Source: Callorhinchus milii
Lineage: Eukaryota
NCBI RefSeq assembly: GCF_018977255.1
Contig: NW_024704743.1
Coordinates: 38,318,001 to 38,382,000, forward strand
Direction: 5' to 3'
Length of the DNA: 64,000 bases
Of this stretch, positions 1 through 12,366 are shown in pieces. A model generated the notes under the pieces. It worked only from the letters and a program-made list of their open reading frames with translations. It searched no databases and was not told the origin of the DNA. A program made the position numbers and the translations under genes. Position 1 is the stretch's first letter. Each line of letters starts with the position of its first letter.

Positions 1-800
1 CTCTGTCCTTGGTCCCCTCCTCTTCAATATCTATGCTCCCTCTTGGTGACATCATCCGCAGACATGTATGCGGATGACACCCAACTCTACCTCTCTGTCT
101 CCACCCTTGAGAGCTAACTTTCTTAGGTTGAACGTCAACAAGACCGAGGCTCTCCTGATTGTCTTCTACCACCACCTCCTCACTTTAGACTCTGACAGCA
201 CCACCACTGTCTCACAGCGCAGGCCGTCGAAACCCTCATACACGCATTCATAACATCCAGGCTTGACTATGCAAACTCTTTGCTTGTTGGCCTCCCCAAC
301 CCCTCCCTCCATAGGCTGCAAATCATCCAGAACTCTGCAGCCCGTGTCCTCTCTCGCACCAGGCTCCGTGACCCTATCACCCCCATCCTCGCCCGACTCC
401 GCTGGCTTCCTATCACACAGTTCAAGATCCTGGTCCTCACCTTCAAAATCCTCCATGGCCTCACTTCCCCCTGCCTCTGCGACCTCCTAACCCCCTACTA
501 ACCTGCTCACTACCTCCGCTCAGCGGGCTCTAGGCCTGCTTCACATCCCCCGCCTCTCCACCCCACCATTGGCGGCCACTCTGCCTGCACTCTCTGGAAC
601 TCCATTCCGCAGTCCCTCTGCCTTGCCCCTCCCTTGCCTCTTTCAAGACCCATCTCAAGACCCTTCTCTTCAACTGTGCTTTTGATCTCCCTCCTTCTCT
701 TCACCCTCCCCAATCCCCAGCTCGGGTCCGAAACATTGACAGTCCAGTGCCTTGGGACGTTCTCCCTACGTGAAAGGAGCTATACAACTGTAATTTTGTT
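1..800 (+). mobile_element. L2-clade LINE 3' part (decayed ORF2 plus 3' tail)
   Basis: LGPLLFNIY...YADDTQLY-like RT remnant, [25 protein letters not shown]; tail gccttgggacg...cgtgaaagg. Confidence 0.9.
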
Positions 801-2145
801 TTTGTTTTTACCAGTATAGCGTGGGTCCACAGTTGACCTGTGATATAAGTGAATCCATGCTTAAACTAATGGATTCTAATGGGGGCCATCCCATATCACA
901 AGCTAGAGCTCCTCACAAACTTGTTTTATGTTGTCCGTGTGAGTGGGCAAGGGTTCAGTAAGACCTGTAAAAAAAAAAAAAAAAATTTCAGAATTATGAT
1001 TTGGGCACAACAGTTTTTAGGACACTACTTGCGCAGTTGGTTGCCATGTTTCACCACAAAATATACAGTCAATCCACTTTGCTGTATATTCTGTGGAATG
1101 TTTGAGACGTCTCAAAGACGTGATAAGGCACTATATCAAATGTAAGGATTATTATTATGCAGTAACATCACTGAAGCTTGAGACAAAAGAGATCTATGTA
1201 TTAAACTTCCCAGTAAATACAGAATTAGAAATGCCTTTTGATGAGATAAAGGCAATACAAACCTAATCTGCTATAATGAGCTTTATATGGTTTACAGCTT
1301 TGATACTTAACTTGTTCTTGCCAGCTATTTTTTATTCCTAACTGTATTGATCACAAAATGGTAATACGGCAACTTCTTGTGCTTCCTAATATAAATGTTG
1401 GAAAGATTGATTTAGGTTTTGTGTTCAAAGTTAATTATTTTCTGCTAAAGTTGTAGTTTTAGCATTGAATTGTCACTACAAAAAAATTAATGATACCAGA
1501 AAAGTTTAGGGGCACTAGGAAGCCCAATTTACTAGCAGCATCCTGTACCTCTAAGACCTGGGCTTGAATCCAGACAAGATAAATGAGATGAAAGTCTGCT
1601 CTGTTTTGGCTGCAAGAAGAGCTATGCGAATTCGATTGAGACAATCTCAACTCCACTCATAATGGATGTAGATCCACAGCATAAAAGTGGTCATAATTCA
1701 TCCCAAATTAGTGCTGAGCTAATTTAAATATGGACTGAGCTAACCGTTTAAATACAGACTTCACCAACAGGATATGTTGGATGAACTAATGGTCCTGGCG
1801 TGTTGCTTCCATCTATTTTCTGCTAACAAAATGTTGAAAACATTAAAAAAAATTGTATTCTATTCTACGTAATTTGATTCAAAATAAAATGGACCGAACC
1901 ACTATATTAAAGTTCTCTTTTTACCATTGAGAATGCAGTGCCGCAAAGTAGTGGGAAAAGAATTTGGATCCAGTGATTCTGCATTCATGGAACGCTTGAC
2001 CTTATTCATGACGTTGTGTGAGGGCTGGGAGAGAGGATCCATCAATGTTGTCTAGGATTATTCAGCTCTGTGGTACCATTATTTAATGTTATGTAATGTT
2101 CTTAATTTGCCACTTCAAATTGCTTCTCCCCTCCCCCCCCATTAG

Positions 2146-2403
2146 GTGGAGTCCTATAGCTAAGTGCGTGGAGCACTCACCTCGCAAGCAAGAGTACCTG
2201 GGTTTGATTTCCAGGCAGGGAAAAATGTTGGGCAAGTTTCCTTACTCCACACACCCCTGTTTACTTAACATTAAGTAGGAACCTGGTTGTAAGTCGATTG
2301 ACAGATCGCTTTTCTGGGGGGAATAATCCCTTTTTTTAAAAAAAATAGTCCCACAATCCACGACTGTTTGTGAGACACTGCTCTACGCAATTGGCTGCTG
2401 CAT
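2146..2403 (+). mobile_element. tRNA-derived Deu-type SINE, long form, 3' truncated
   Basis: gtggagtcctatagct... head with A/B-box remnants; body shared with other copies. Confidence 0.85.
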
Positions 2404-3493
2404 TTTGAGAATTAAATAGAAGCTTGAAAATATTAAAGGGTATGAGAGCAGAGCAAGCCTGAGAGTTCAATCAAAAAGTGGCTTGGGTAGAGAAAAATAC
2501 CAACTCAGACTTAATGGTCTGTTGCTGACCTGTAACCTTCTAATGATTTCAGAGCTCAAAATGTTTTGTTCAGATGCAAGTTTTCGAATGACAACATCTT
2601 TAAAGGTGCTGCTGGTTGTTTTCACAGTTTTAACTATCAGTATTTAAATGTCAAATAGTCACCATTAAGTTGTAATGCAATACTGAAAGTCAGCAGTGCT
2701 CCACAAAATATAGTCAATTCACTTTACAGTATATTCTGTGATGCGCTTTGAGACGTCTCAAAAGCATGAGAAGACGCTATATCAAATGCAAGGATTATTA
2801 TAATACCACACAAGTAGTCTGTATAAAATTTATATTTTATTAGGGTGTACAAAATAAGCTTCAGTGTGGTCAGAGATCTAAGTGAACTTGAGTAGTTAGT
2901 GGCAGCAAATATGTGTCTTTATATTTACAAAAAATTTATTTTGTCTCTGTGGTGGATTGAGCTGGACCTGTCCTGATTTCATGGTGGATGAATCTACCCA
3001 AAATGCACAAGAGAGCGAAATGAAAGGGAGATTAGAGGTAGTAGTCGCACACTAATACAACAGCACGGCGTTGAGCAACCACCTGCAGTTAGGATCTGCT
3101 AATCAACTTCAACAAGTTTTCAAAGCTCCTCCTTTGTTTGATTAATTCCAGAAACCACTGTTATCAGAATAGACTCCAAGCAGCTGAAAGTCATTTCCTT
3201 GCTTGGTGTTGATGTAACCAAGAATCCTTTCCAACTGTTTTATTCAAAAGCTCATTTTTCAAAAAAAGATCCCAGTTAAACAAGAAGGGTTGTCCTTCCA
3301 ATTTGCATCTGAAGACAGAACAAGGTTTGCCGATACGTTGATATTGTAAAACCCAATAAAACACTCAATTGAGATTAAGGTGGCATTTCAGTCTCCTCAC
3401 TAAAGGCTTCTTGGAGGGAAGCTGGTCACCCATTGAGGAGGAGTTTTGTGTGCAGGGCTGTTCATCTATTGAGAACAGTACAGGTACTGTACT

Positions 3494-3978
3494 GATTTCA
3501 AGATCCTCATCCTCACCTACAAGGCCATTCACGGCCTTGCTCCCTCCTACCTCTCCAACCTACTATCCCCCTACCTACCTGCCCGTACCCTCCGTTCCTC
3601 TGGCTCCGGTCTGCTCCACGTCCCCGCCCAACCGCCCTACTATCGGTGGTCGGGCCTTCAGCCTCTCAGCCCCGAGGCTCTGGAACTCCATCCCCCAGTG
3701 CCTTCGCCGCTTCCTCCCTTTCCTCCTTCAAGGCCGGTCTCAAAACCTTTCTCTTTGACCGTGCCTTCAGCTCCCCTCTCGACTCTCTTCCTCCTCCTCG
3801 CTCCCTCCCTTCCCTCCCCTCACCCTGACCATTTCCCCTCCTCTCTCCCTCCCTTCCCTCCCCTCACCCTGACCATTTCCCCCCTGCTCGGGTCATGACC
3901 CAACTGTGCAGCGCCTTGGGACGTCCTCCTGACGTGAAAGGCGCTCTATAAATGGAATCTTGTTGTTGTTGTTGTTGT
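3494..3978 (+). mobile_element. L2 LINE 3' fragment ending in (TGT)n
   Basis: FKILILTYKAIHG, TIGGRAFSLSAPRLWNSIP; conserved tail. Confidence 0.9.
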
Positions 3979-4655
3979 ACTGTGTTTCTGGGGGAAATTT
4001 GTCTGCAGTTGTTACAGAATGTTCCCAATTCAACCATTTTACACGATCTATTTATGAAAAATGAAAGCACAAAAGAATGTTCAGTTTCAAATGCAAACTT
4101 CCTTCCAAATCGTGGTAGAGCATCAGTGCTTGTGTCAACACTGTTGCACACCAGTGAATTAAAGGTAGTTCAAGGAACCCAGTTATAACAGCCTCTCACT
4201 ATCGACTTACCTTGCTTAAGCAGTTAGGTAATAGATCTCAATTTTGTGTGACTTTAAAGCACGAAAATCCTGTTATTACAAGAATAGTGTTAGAAAATTT
4301 GTTACGCACTGCGAGAGTGTGCAGCACAACCTGCTTATGACAGTAGGTTTGGTTGTGGATTGTGAGGCAAACAAAATCCAGTTATCTTGAGATTTGGCAT
4401 CACAAACCTTGAAGTGTATTGATAGAGCAGTATATCACATGAGAACTGCCAGTCATGTCATCAGCCTGGAAGTGCTGAGTGTCAGTGGTTGATTAGAGCC
4501 CTTGCTATAATAATAATGCTTGCAATTGATATAGCGCCTTTAACATCAAAGCGTTTCACAGGATTTTACTGTAAAGTGTAGTTCCTGTAAAAAAAATTTA
4601 GGCAAACTCTGCCTTCCAATTTTTACACAGCATTATGCCCAAAACAGCCATGAAG

Positions 4656-5355
4656 AATAACAACAACAAAATTACATTTATAGAGCGCCTTTCATGTCGG
4701 GAGGACTTCCCAAAGCGCTGAACAGTCAGGTGTCGGGGCCCGAGCATGGGGGAGGGGTGGGGTAGGGGTGAGGGAAGGCAGAGAGGTAGAAAGGAGACCA
4801 AAGGCACGGTTGAAGAGAAGGGTCTTGAGACCGGCCTTGAAGGAGGCAAGGGAGGAAGTGAGGCGAAGGGACCGTGGGATGGAGTTCCAGAGTGTGGGGG
4901 CAGAGAGGCTGAAAGCCCGGCCACCGATGGTAGAGCGGGTCGGGGGGGAGACATGGAGCAGACCGGAGCCCACTAAACGGAGGGAGTGGGCAGGTTGGCA
5001 GGGAGTCAGCAGGTCAGAGTGGTAGGAGGGGACAAGGCCATGGATGGCCTTAAAGTTGAGAACGAGGATCTTGAACTTCATCCTCTGAGGGATGGGGAGC
5101 CAGTCGAGTCGGCCGAGGGTGGGAGTGATGGGGTCATGGAGCCTGGTGTGTGAGAGTACTTGAGCTGCAGAGTTTTGGATGATCTGCAGCTTGTGAAGGG
5201 AAGAGTTGCGAAAGCTGATGAGGAGGGAGTTCCCATAATCGAGCCTTGATGTGACGAATGCGTGGATGAGGGTTTCGGCAGCCTGAGGGGTGAGGCAGTG
5301 GTGGAGTCTGGTAATGTTGCAGAGGTGGTGGTAAGCAGTGCCGGTCATGGCATTT
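4656..5355 (-). mobile_element. L2 LINE 3' fragment
   Basis: ORF 4692-5387: AETLIHAFVTSRLDYGNSLL...[10 protein letters not shown]...LDWLPI. Confidence 0.92.
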
Positions 5356-5394
5356 GGACTTTTAATTGGATCAAATAAATGACCCATTTAAATT

Positions 5395-5612
5395 GGAGAA
5401 TGTTGGCCAGGACACTGGGAGATACTCCCTTCTGTTTTCAAATGGTGCTGTGCAATCTTCAATGTGCACTTGAACAGGCAGACATTTGGAGCTCGATTTA
5501 ACATTTAATCCAAATGATGGCAACTCCAGCAATGCACGGCTCCCCTAGCACTGCATTGGAATATCAGCCTATTATGAGAGTTCAAGTCACGACATGGGGC
5601 TTGAACCCACAA
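5395..5612 (-). mobile_element. Old Deu-domain SINE (SacSINE1/AmnSINE1-like) fragment
   Basis: Similar to 11985-12365 (+) and 63090-63300 (-); B-box-like ggcttgaacccac. Confidence 0.6.
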
Positions 5613-8600
5613 ACTTTTAACTTACATGCTTATAAGGCGGGTTGCAATTTTCTGGATCCCAAGAACTACCTTATAGTAGGATAGACTTGATCTTGATGAA
5701 ACCGTGCCAGCGAGCACATGGTTAATTAAGTACTTAGCTAACACACGGAGGTGATGCACATCCTCTTCTCCAATCAAGAAACACAGAATATGAACCTACG
5801 TTTGCATTTGGACTTTCCATTATAATTGGCAAATCTCTGTTTTTGAATGGAAGCCAAGGCAGAAACTTTCAGAAAATCACCGAAGGATAAGTAAACTCTA
5901 ATTACATTGAAATCAGCTGACTGAGGTTGAAGTGTAACATGTCAGTTCAGGGCACTGGGACAGACATTAGTTTCGGGGGGGAAACAGTGACAGAATTACT
6001 TACTGCCGTGCAAAATTGGCTGCTGCATTTTGCCCACAAATATACAGTCAATTCACTTTACGATATATTCTGTGAAGCGCTTTGAGACGTCTGGAAGACG
6101 TAAAAAAGGGCAATATCAAATGCAAGGATTATTATTATTACTTGTTGGGTACACTAGCACTAATAACTTGATATGTGCTTCGCTCGCATTTAATATTGTA
6201 ATCCATTTCTGGTCGTGGAGCTGAAAAGGAAGCTCTGAGTACACAGGACTGAAGAGCTCGCTCAGGCAGGTAATCTCTGACATGGAAAAACAAAAATCAG
6301 AAACCTCATTAGCATACCATTTTGTTCATTAAATGCAATACAAGCTCAGCACTAAACATTCATGAATAGGAGGCGCAGTTCAGGTCTTCAGGGTAGACTA
6401 CATTTTCTCACTGCAGACTTATAAACTAATGAGGCAATAATTGATCCTAGACTGTTTCCTTTCTGAGATACTATACTAATTTACTTCTTTTTTTCAACTG
6501 AAGCAAACTTGACTCCTTTGATTTTTGCTTTCACTGGCATACAGTTTCACAAAAGAATGCTGCCTTCCAAGTAGCAATTAATGTATCCGCCTTGACATTG
6601 AGGTTTGGCACCTTATTTGGCTTAAAGCCTCTCTCAATGTAACTTGGCATTGTGTGTGAGCATGTGGAAAATTTGACCACTTTGAGTTTCTGGAGAGAAA
6701 TTATGGAGTTTGAATGGTAAAATATCAATATTCATCATTTTTTTGGAACGTTCTACAATCTGAGGAAACTAAGTTTTCATCAGTAAAAATAATTTTGTCT
6801 GCAGAATTCGTATCATTTTCTAGACTACAAAATTGGCCCTTTCTGGGTCATTGGTTCACTGTGGAGGGCAAACGTACAGCATACAGGAATTGTGGTCTAT
6901 AGTGACCTGATGACTTGAAAGCTGGCAATTTGTGTAATTCCAGCGGTCTTTACCACTGGAAAAAAAACGGTGATTCATCTGTCAAATCAGAAAAAATAAT
7001 CAATTTCAACCAACCTTAGTTGTGAGGCCATTAAACATTATTAAACTTGAATTAATGGTTATGCATGTTTCCAGCAATAACATCTCGCCAGCCGGAGGAA
7101 CAATTACACACAGTTTTTCAACAGTTTAATGAAATTAGTCATGATCTTCAGGTATAATTCATCATTGTTCAAATGTCTGAAAATATTTATTTTAAGACTT
7201 TTTTGGGAAAGCTGGGAAAAAACTGTTGAGTGGACTGATTAATTTCAAAGACCTGATAATATTCAGTATTGTTGCTTCTTGCAACTGAGCTCTGACTGAA
7301 ACTGTGCCTCACTATCTCGGATCAATCACATTTTATAGTAAATTAAACTCCTTTCAACCATGCACCAAATACCATGAGGGTGGTGACTCCCAAGTGCTGG
7401 AAATTGAATTAATCAATTTATAAAAATAATACTTACTGGTCAGAGTTGGTACTTGGAACAGAAGGTATTCCCAGCAATGCGAACAAGTACAGTCTGTGCT
7501 ATTGGATTTCACGATCGAGTTGTATTGCAAAATCCCTAAGATATCTTCTGACTTGTCATTAGTTTTCTCCCCTTTCAAGTCCGTAGCCATATTTAAAGCA
7601 ATTGCTCTTAAAAACTGAGCCATGGCCCTTTGGGTGCAGAGGAGTCCAGACATTTTGTGGAGAGGAGGTGAAGGTGTCAACAGTAAAGGTCTATGTTGAA
7701 TTTCTTATGAAAAGAATTGCCAAAATCAAAATGCTGGCAATCCATGGCTAGTGTATATGCCTCTTCGTCTCAGGTATGTGTGGAGGTGGGGGTGGTGGTA
7801 GAGAAAAAGAAATGGCTTAGCTAAAGCCATTTGAAGAGTAACAACTAGTGGAGAGATTCTGAGCAGGGAACATTTTCTATATACTGTTCAACCTTCTCCA
7901 GTTCAACTGGTCATTCACCCAATAGATATTTGTAGGACCTTGCTGGTGCAAATAGCTCCCACAAATGGAGTTGCTGCACTTGACAGTAATTACCTGTGAA
8001 GCACTTTGAGATGTTTCCCTGTATAACAAGCTATTTAATTTCTGAGCAGAATATCACAGTAAATTGCCAAAGAAAGCATTGCAGAAACAGCCTAGGATTC
8101 TTTCTCCTCCCCTTTCCCAAATTTGTTTGTCCTGTACACTGGAGCTGAACTGTTCCTGTGAGTTTGAAATACGAGCACCAGGTGTTTATCTTTACCCTTG
8201 TGGCACACAGAGCTCATACTGTCCAGGAGCACTGACTCCCTGGTATTCTGCTGAATTGAGAGGAGAGGGAATTGTACACACCCGGCTCTGCATAGCTTCC
8301 TGCATCGGATAACAAGGATGTGGCTTATTTGTGGTTCCTTGGTCAGTGGTTTGCAACTGGCTGTATCTCTATGGAAGCCTGGAAGGAATGTATTTTGAAG
8401 AACGGTGCTATAAATGAGGACTAGTTATTTGGGACATTGAATCTTTTACAGCAATGGAATTTTTTGTGGCAATAAAGAACATTTTTTAAAGGAAACATTT
8501 TATTTCAGAATGAACAATTTAAAGAGATTTAGTATTGTTTTTTTTTAAATCCATGCTTCAGTCCTGTATTATAATACTCTTTTGATAGTGTAGTTTTATT

Positions 8601-10564
8601 TATAGAAGGTGAGCAAGCCAGCCCAACTGGGTGGGATGCTGAATTTTCAGAGCGAATGTAAATTCAGCAGAAGACAGAAGGAGCCTAGATTAATAACCCT
8701 GTTGGTGCGATCCTTTCTCCCTCACATTATCAGGCTCATAGACAATGAGTTCATTAACACTTCATGTTTGAACACTCCTCAAGAAAAATAACTCCAAACC
8801 TGTATTGAGTTGTGTAATGCACTAACACATTGTTAATGTTACTGTTCAGTGACAGTAAATCCCCCCATTACCTGCTCTTTGTCCATCATTTACCCCCTGA
8901 GCGTCACTCACCATTAGAATCCTTAGACGGACCCGACATTAAAACAATATAAATTGCAGTTTGCCTTAAGTTTAACAAAATAAAAGGTTCATCCTCTCCT
9001 AGTTATAATAATAATAATCCTTGCGTTTGATATAGCATCTTATCACGCCTTCGAGGTGCCTCAAACTGCTTAACAGAATATACTGTTCCCGTTTCGCGGC
9101 AGCCAATTGCGCACAGCAGTGTCCCACTTACAGCACTTTGTGATGACTTCCTTATGTGAAAGGCGCTGTATAAAAGTAGATTGCATTAGAATGGCTCTCT
9201 TTGGAAGCCGTAGGAATAAGCATGTTATGACATTTCTCTCAGTGAGGGAGGTGTTGCCTGTAGAGATTGTTATACAGTACATCAGAAAGCCTTGTTGAAG
9301 GGGTGAACTGTGACTTGTAGCAGCAGGTACAATCGGCATGGAGAGAGATTTTGAGCAGTTTCATCTCCTCAGCCATGGCAACAGTTTCTATGGCAGTAAT
9401 TTCTCTTTGAAGCTCTGTACAAACTGTGCAAAGCTGTTGGGTTCATTCTAGTCCAATTGGTGTGCATTTAACTTGTGATTGCAGTTGATAGCAGTACTTT
9501 AATGAGTTTAGGAATTTTTAATCCTGTCACTGTAAAATAAGCAAAATTGTTCATTAGTGATTTCTGTGATGTGTTCCTTCCCATCTCTTCCCCCATGCAC
9601 ACAACTTCCAATCTACCCTCCAACTTACCCATTTCAGAATTTGCTGCATAAAAAACAATTCCTACACCTTACAGTAATTACTTGCGAAGCACCAGTTCTT
9701 TCTGATTGATAGTCACAATCAATTATAATCAAATAATAATCATTGCATTTCACATAGCACCCTTCACATTCGGAAGACATTTCAAAGCGCTTCACAGGAT
9801 ATTTACTGTGAAGTGTAATGACTGTATTTTATCGGTGAATACAGCAGCCAGTTTGCCGCACAACAATATCCCACAAACAACCATGAAGTGAATGGCTAAT
9901 TCATGGCTGTTTGTGGAACATTGCTGTGCGATGCTGTGCTATGAATTGAGTCATGATGACCTATTTGTGGTAATTGGTTTGCATCCAAAAAGGCAAACTT
10001 TCCGTTCAGCTTTACTATATGTACAGGACCGAATAATGTTGCTTTAACCTTGTGATTTGAATGCTGCTAATTCTTTTTTTATTGAAAGTTATTGTGAGTA
10101 GATATTACAACTTGTATTGATCTGAGTTTCACCAGTAATATTTTACAAAGAAAAATAATAAAGCATTAAGCCATTATTTTACTTGTAGCATTTTTTAATC
10201 TAGAAGCACTTATGCACAGAAATCTACATATACTGCAACATGAGTATTCTTTAAGAATAGTGGCTCACAGAAATTGTCTCTCAAAGTAGAAATCATTTGT
10301 ATTGTATGGGTGAATTTTAGTTTCAACTTAACTTTTTATAGAAAATGCACAAACTATTGTGCCCAGCTATAAAGGATAATTGAGTCCCTTACATTGGCAA
10401 AGTTCCTTTACTTTGAGTGGGTTGAGGCAGGTTTAAGGTGACTGCCCACTGATTAGAATGAAACGTCTGCAGTTCAAGCTGGCAATTGGGAGCAGTGTCA
10501 GCAAACGATGATGGCTTGGACTCGCTGATAAGAATGGATTAATGTGGGCTTAGAGGCTGGGGCA

Positions 10565-10780
10565 TGAATTTCCTTCGCTTCGTTCAAGGTCTGTCTTAAG
10601 ACCTTTCTCTTTGACCACATCTTTGGCCATCTTTCTCCTCCCCACCTTGGCACCCAATGCCTCCCAATCCCCCTGCCAAATCCAAGCCCCAGCTCAGATG
10701 CAAACCCTCAACTGTTCCAATGACTCGGGATGTCCTCCTGACACGAAAGGCGCTGAATAAATGCAATTTGTTGTTGTTCT
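10565..10780 (+). mobile_element. L2 3' end fragment
   Basis: ttcaaggtctgtcttaagacctttctctttgac...gggatgtcctcctgacacgaaaggcgct...ttgttgttgtt. Confidence 0.8.
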
Positions 10781-11189
10781 TATAGGACACACATTTGAGG
10801 AATACTGGAAAAATAATAAATGAGACTATATTATGAAATGATATTCAGAAACGAATCAAGTATAACTAGCAGTGAGTGACACCAGTGACGTTCTGAGAGT
10901 ATGAGTTAATGCTTGGCTTGTGCCAAGTTAGGGAACAACTCATTGACCACCCAGTGACTAACAAACATTGATAGAAGTATTTTACCTTGAGACAGTGGCT
11001 GGCATCAACTGATTACTATCACTTCACAGAAGAGGTCTGATGCATATGCTGCAGTAGGTATAATTTATTCTCCAGCAGAAGACTATTAATTATATCACAC
11101 GTGTGGGCCAAACGTGGTGCAATGACATGCATTAAAAGTACTTCTACACAATATACCCTTCTCATTTTAAGAGTATTGGTGAAGTGTGA

Positions 11190-11350
11190 ACATCGGTCAC
11201 TCAATCCACGACTGTTTGTGGGACACTGCTGTGCGCAATTGGCTGCCACGTTTTGCCCACAAATTCACTTTACGGTATATACCGTGAAGCGCTTTGAGAC
11301 GTCTCGAAGACCTGATAAGGCGCAATATCAAATACAAGGATTATTATTAT
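11190..11350 (+). mobile_element. SINE 3' half; similar fragments at ~1000-1158+, 2700-2800+, 6000-6140+, 9005-9130-, 9735-9890-, 13330-13505-, 22940-23070-, 31355-31468+, 49690-49795+, 55300-55443+
   Basis: Shared gactgtttgtgggacactgctgtgcgcaattggctgcc...gaagcgctttgagacgtc...aaatgcaagg(att)n. Confidence 0.9.
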
Positions 11351-11984
11351 CAAATACTAAAACTAATGCCTCAGATTTGAACCTTTGCACTCCAATTCTA
11401 GTAAGATTTTTGCCTGATTCTTTAGTTCGTAACTGAGCCAAATTAAAACTGTTATACTACAACAAGCAGCAGATATGTCATTCGGGTGGGGCAAAACTGA
11501 ACAGGATGTAATGTTGATTGAACAGCTGGAATGACAGCAGTGCTTAAAATTTTTGTTGATTCAGAATATCTGCAACTCCCTTTTGAGCCTTTGTTACCAT
11601 TTCCCACATGCAGGGGAACTGAAATGTCCAAAAAAATACACAACTGACAAAGACGAGGAGGTGGTGACATTTCCATTACAGGGTGATTAAAGAACATCAG
11701 AATCAGGGTCAGTCAGCTTTCAGGGGTCAGAATTTGCAGAAAGAGGAGATCATATGTCTGAGCATTGGACAATCTCTGTTATCCTGTTCACCTTTTTCAC
11801 AAGAATTGTGATTTCAAAGCTTTTTAGTTTTATCTCAGCAGGACTTTATCATAATGTGTTTCTTTGTAGCTTTCATATATATATATAAATATATATATAT
11901 TCACTTTACACTATATCAAATGCAAGGATTATTATTATTATATATGCCTTGTAATTTTTGAGTACTTTTAAAATAAATGTCAGC

Positions 11985-12366
11985 CTAGTGTAATTGGTAG
12001 CACCCTCGCCTCTTAGCTGGGACTTTGAATTCAGTTTAGACTGACACCAATACAATGCTGGGGAAGTACTGCATTGCTGCCTACAGATAAAATATTAAAC
12101 TGAGATGCTGTCTGCCTGTTCAGGTAGACGTCGTACCTGTACACTATTTGAAAAAGAGAAGGGAGTTTCTCCTAGTAACTTAGTCAACTGCACAGAAGTT
12201 GCATAAAATAAAATTGGTTATTCACTTCATGGCTGTTTGTGGGACACTGCTTGTGCAAATTGGCTTTACAAATACACAGACGCTACACTTCACAATTAAT
12301 TCTGTGAAGCGCTCAAAGGCACCTTGCTATTGTAAAATGCACTTTATCCAATGCAAGGATTATTAT
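11985..12366 (+). mobile_element. Old Deu-domain SINE, near full length
   Basis: Degenerate tRNA head, ctgtctgcctgttcaggtagacgt core, Deu domain, L2-type tail. Confidence 0.65.

Noticed and set aside
4692..5387. 231-aa minus-strand ORF and similar ORFs at 280, 3369, 22134, 25332 and 28847
   Set aside because: Remnants of L2 ORF2, not host genes
8595..8614. tatag|AAG|gtgagc as a 3-nt microexon or leader-exon donor
   Set aside because: Several competing upstream AGs, weak pyrimidine tract, no open upstream frame; cannot be supported
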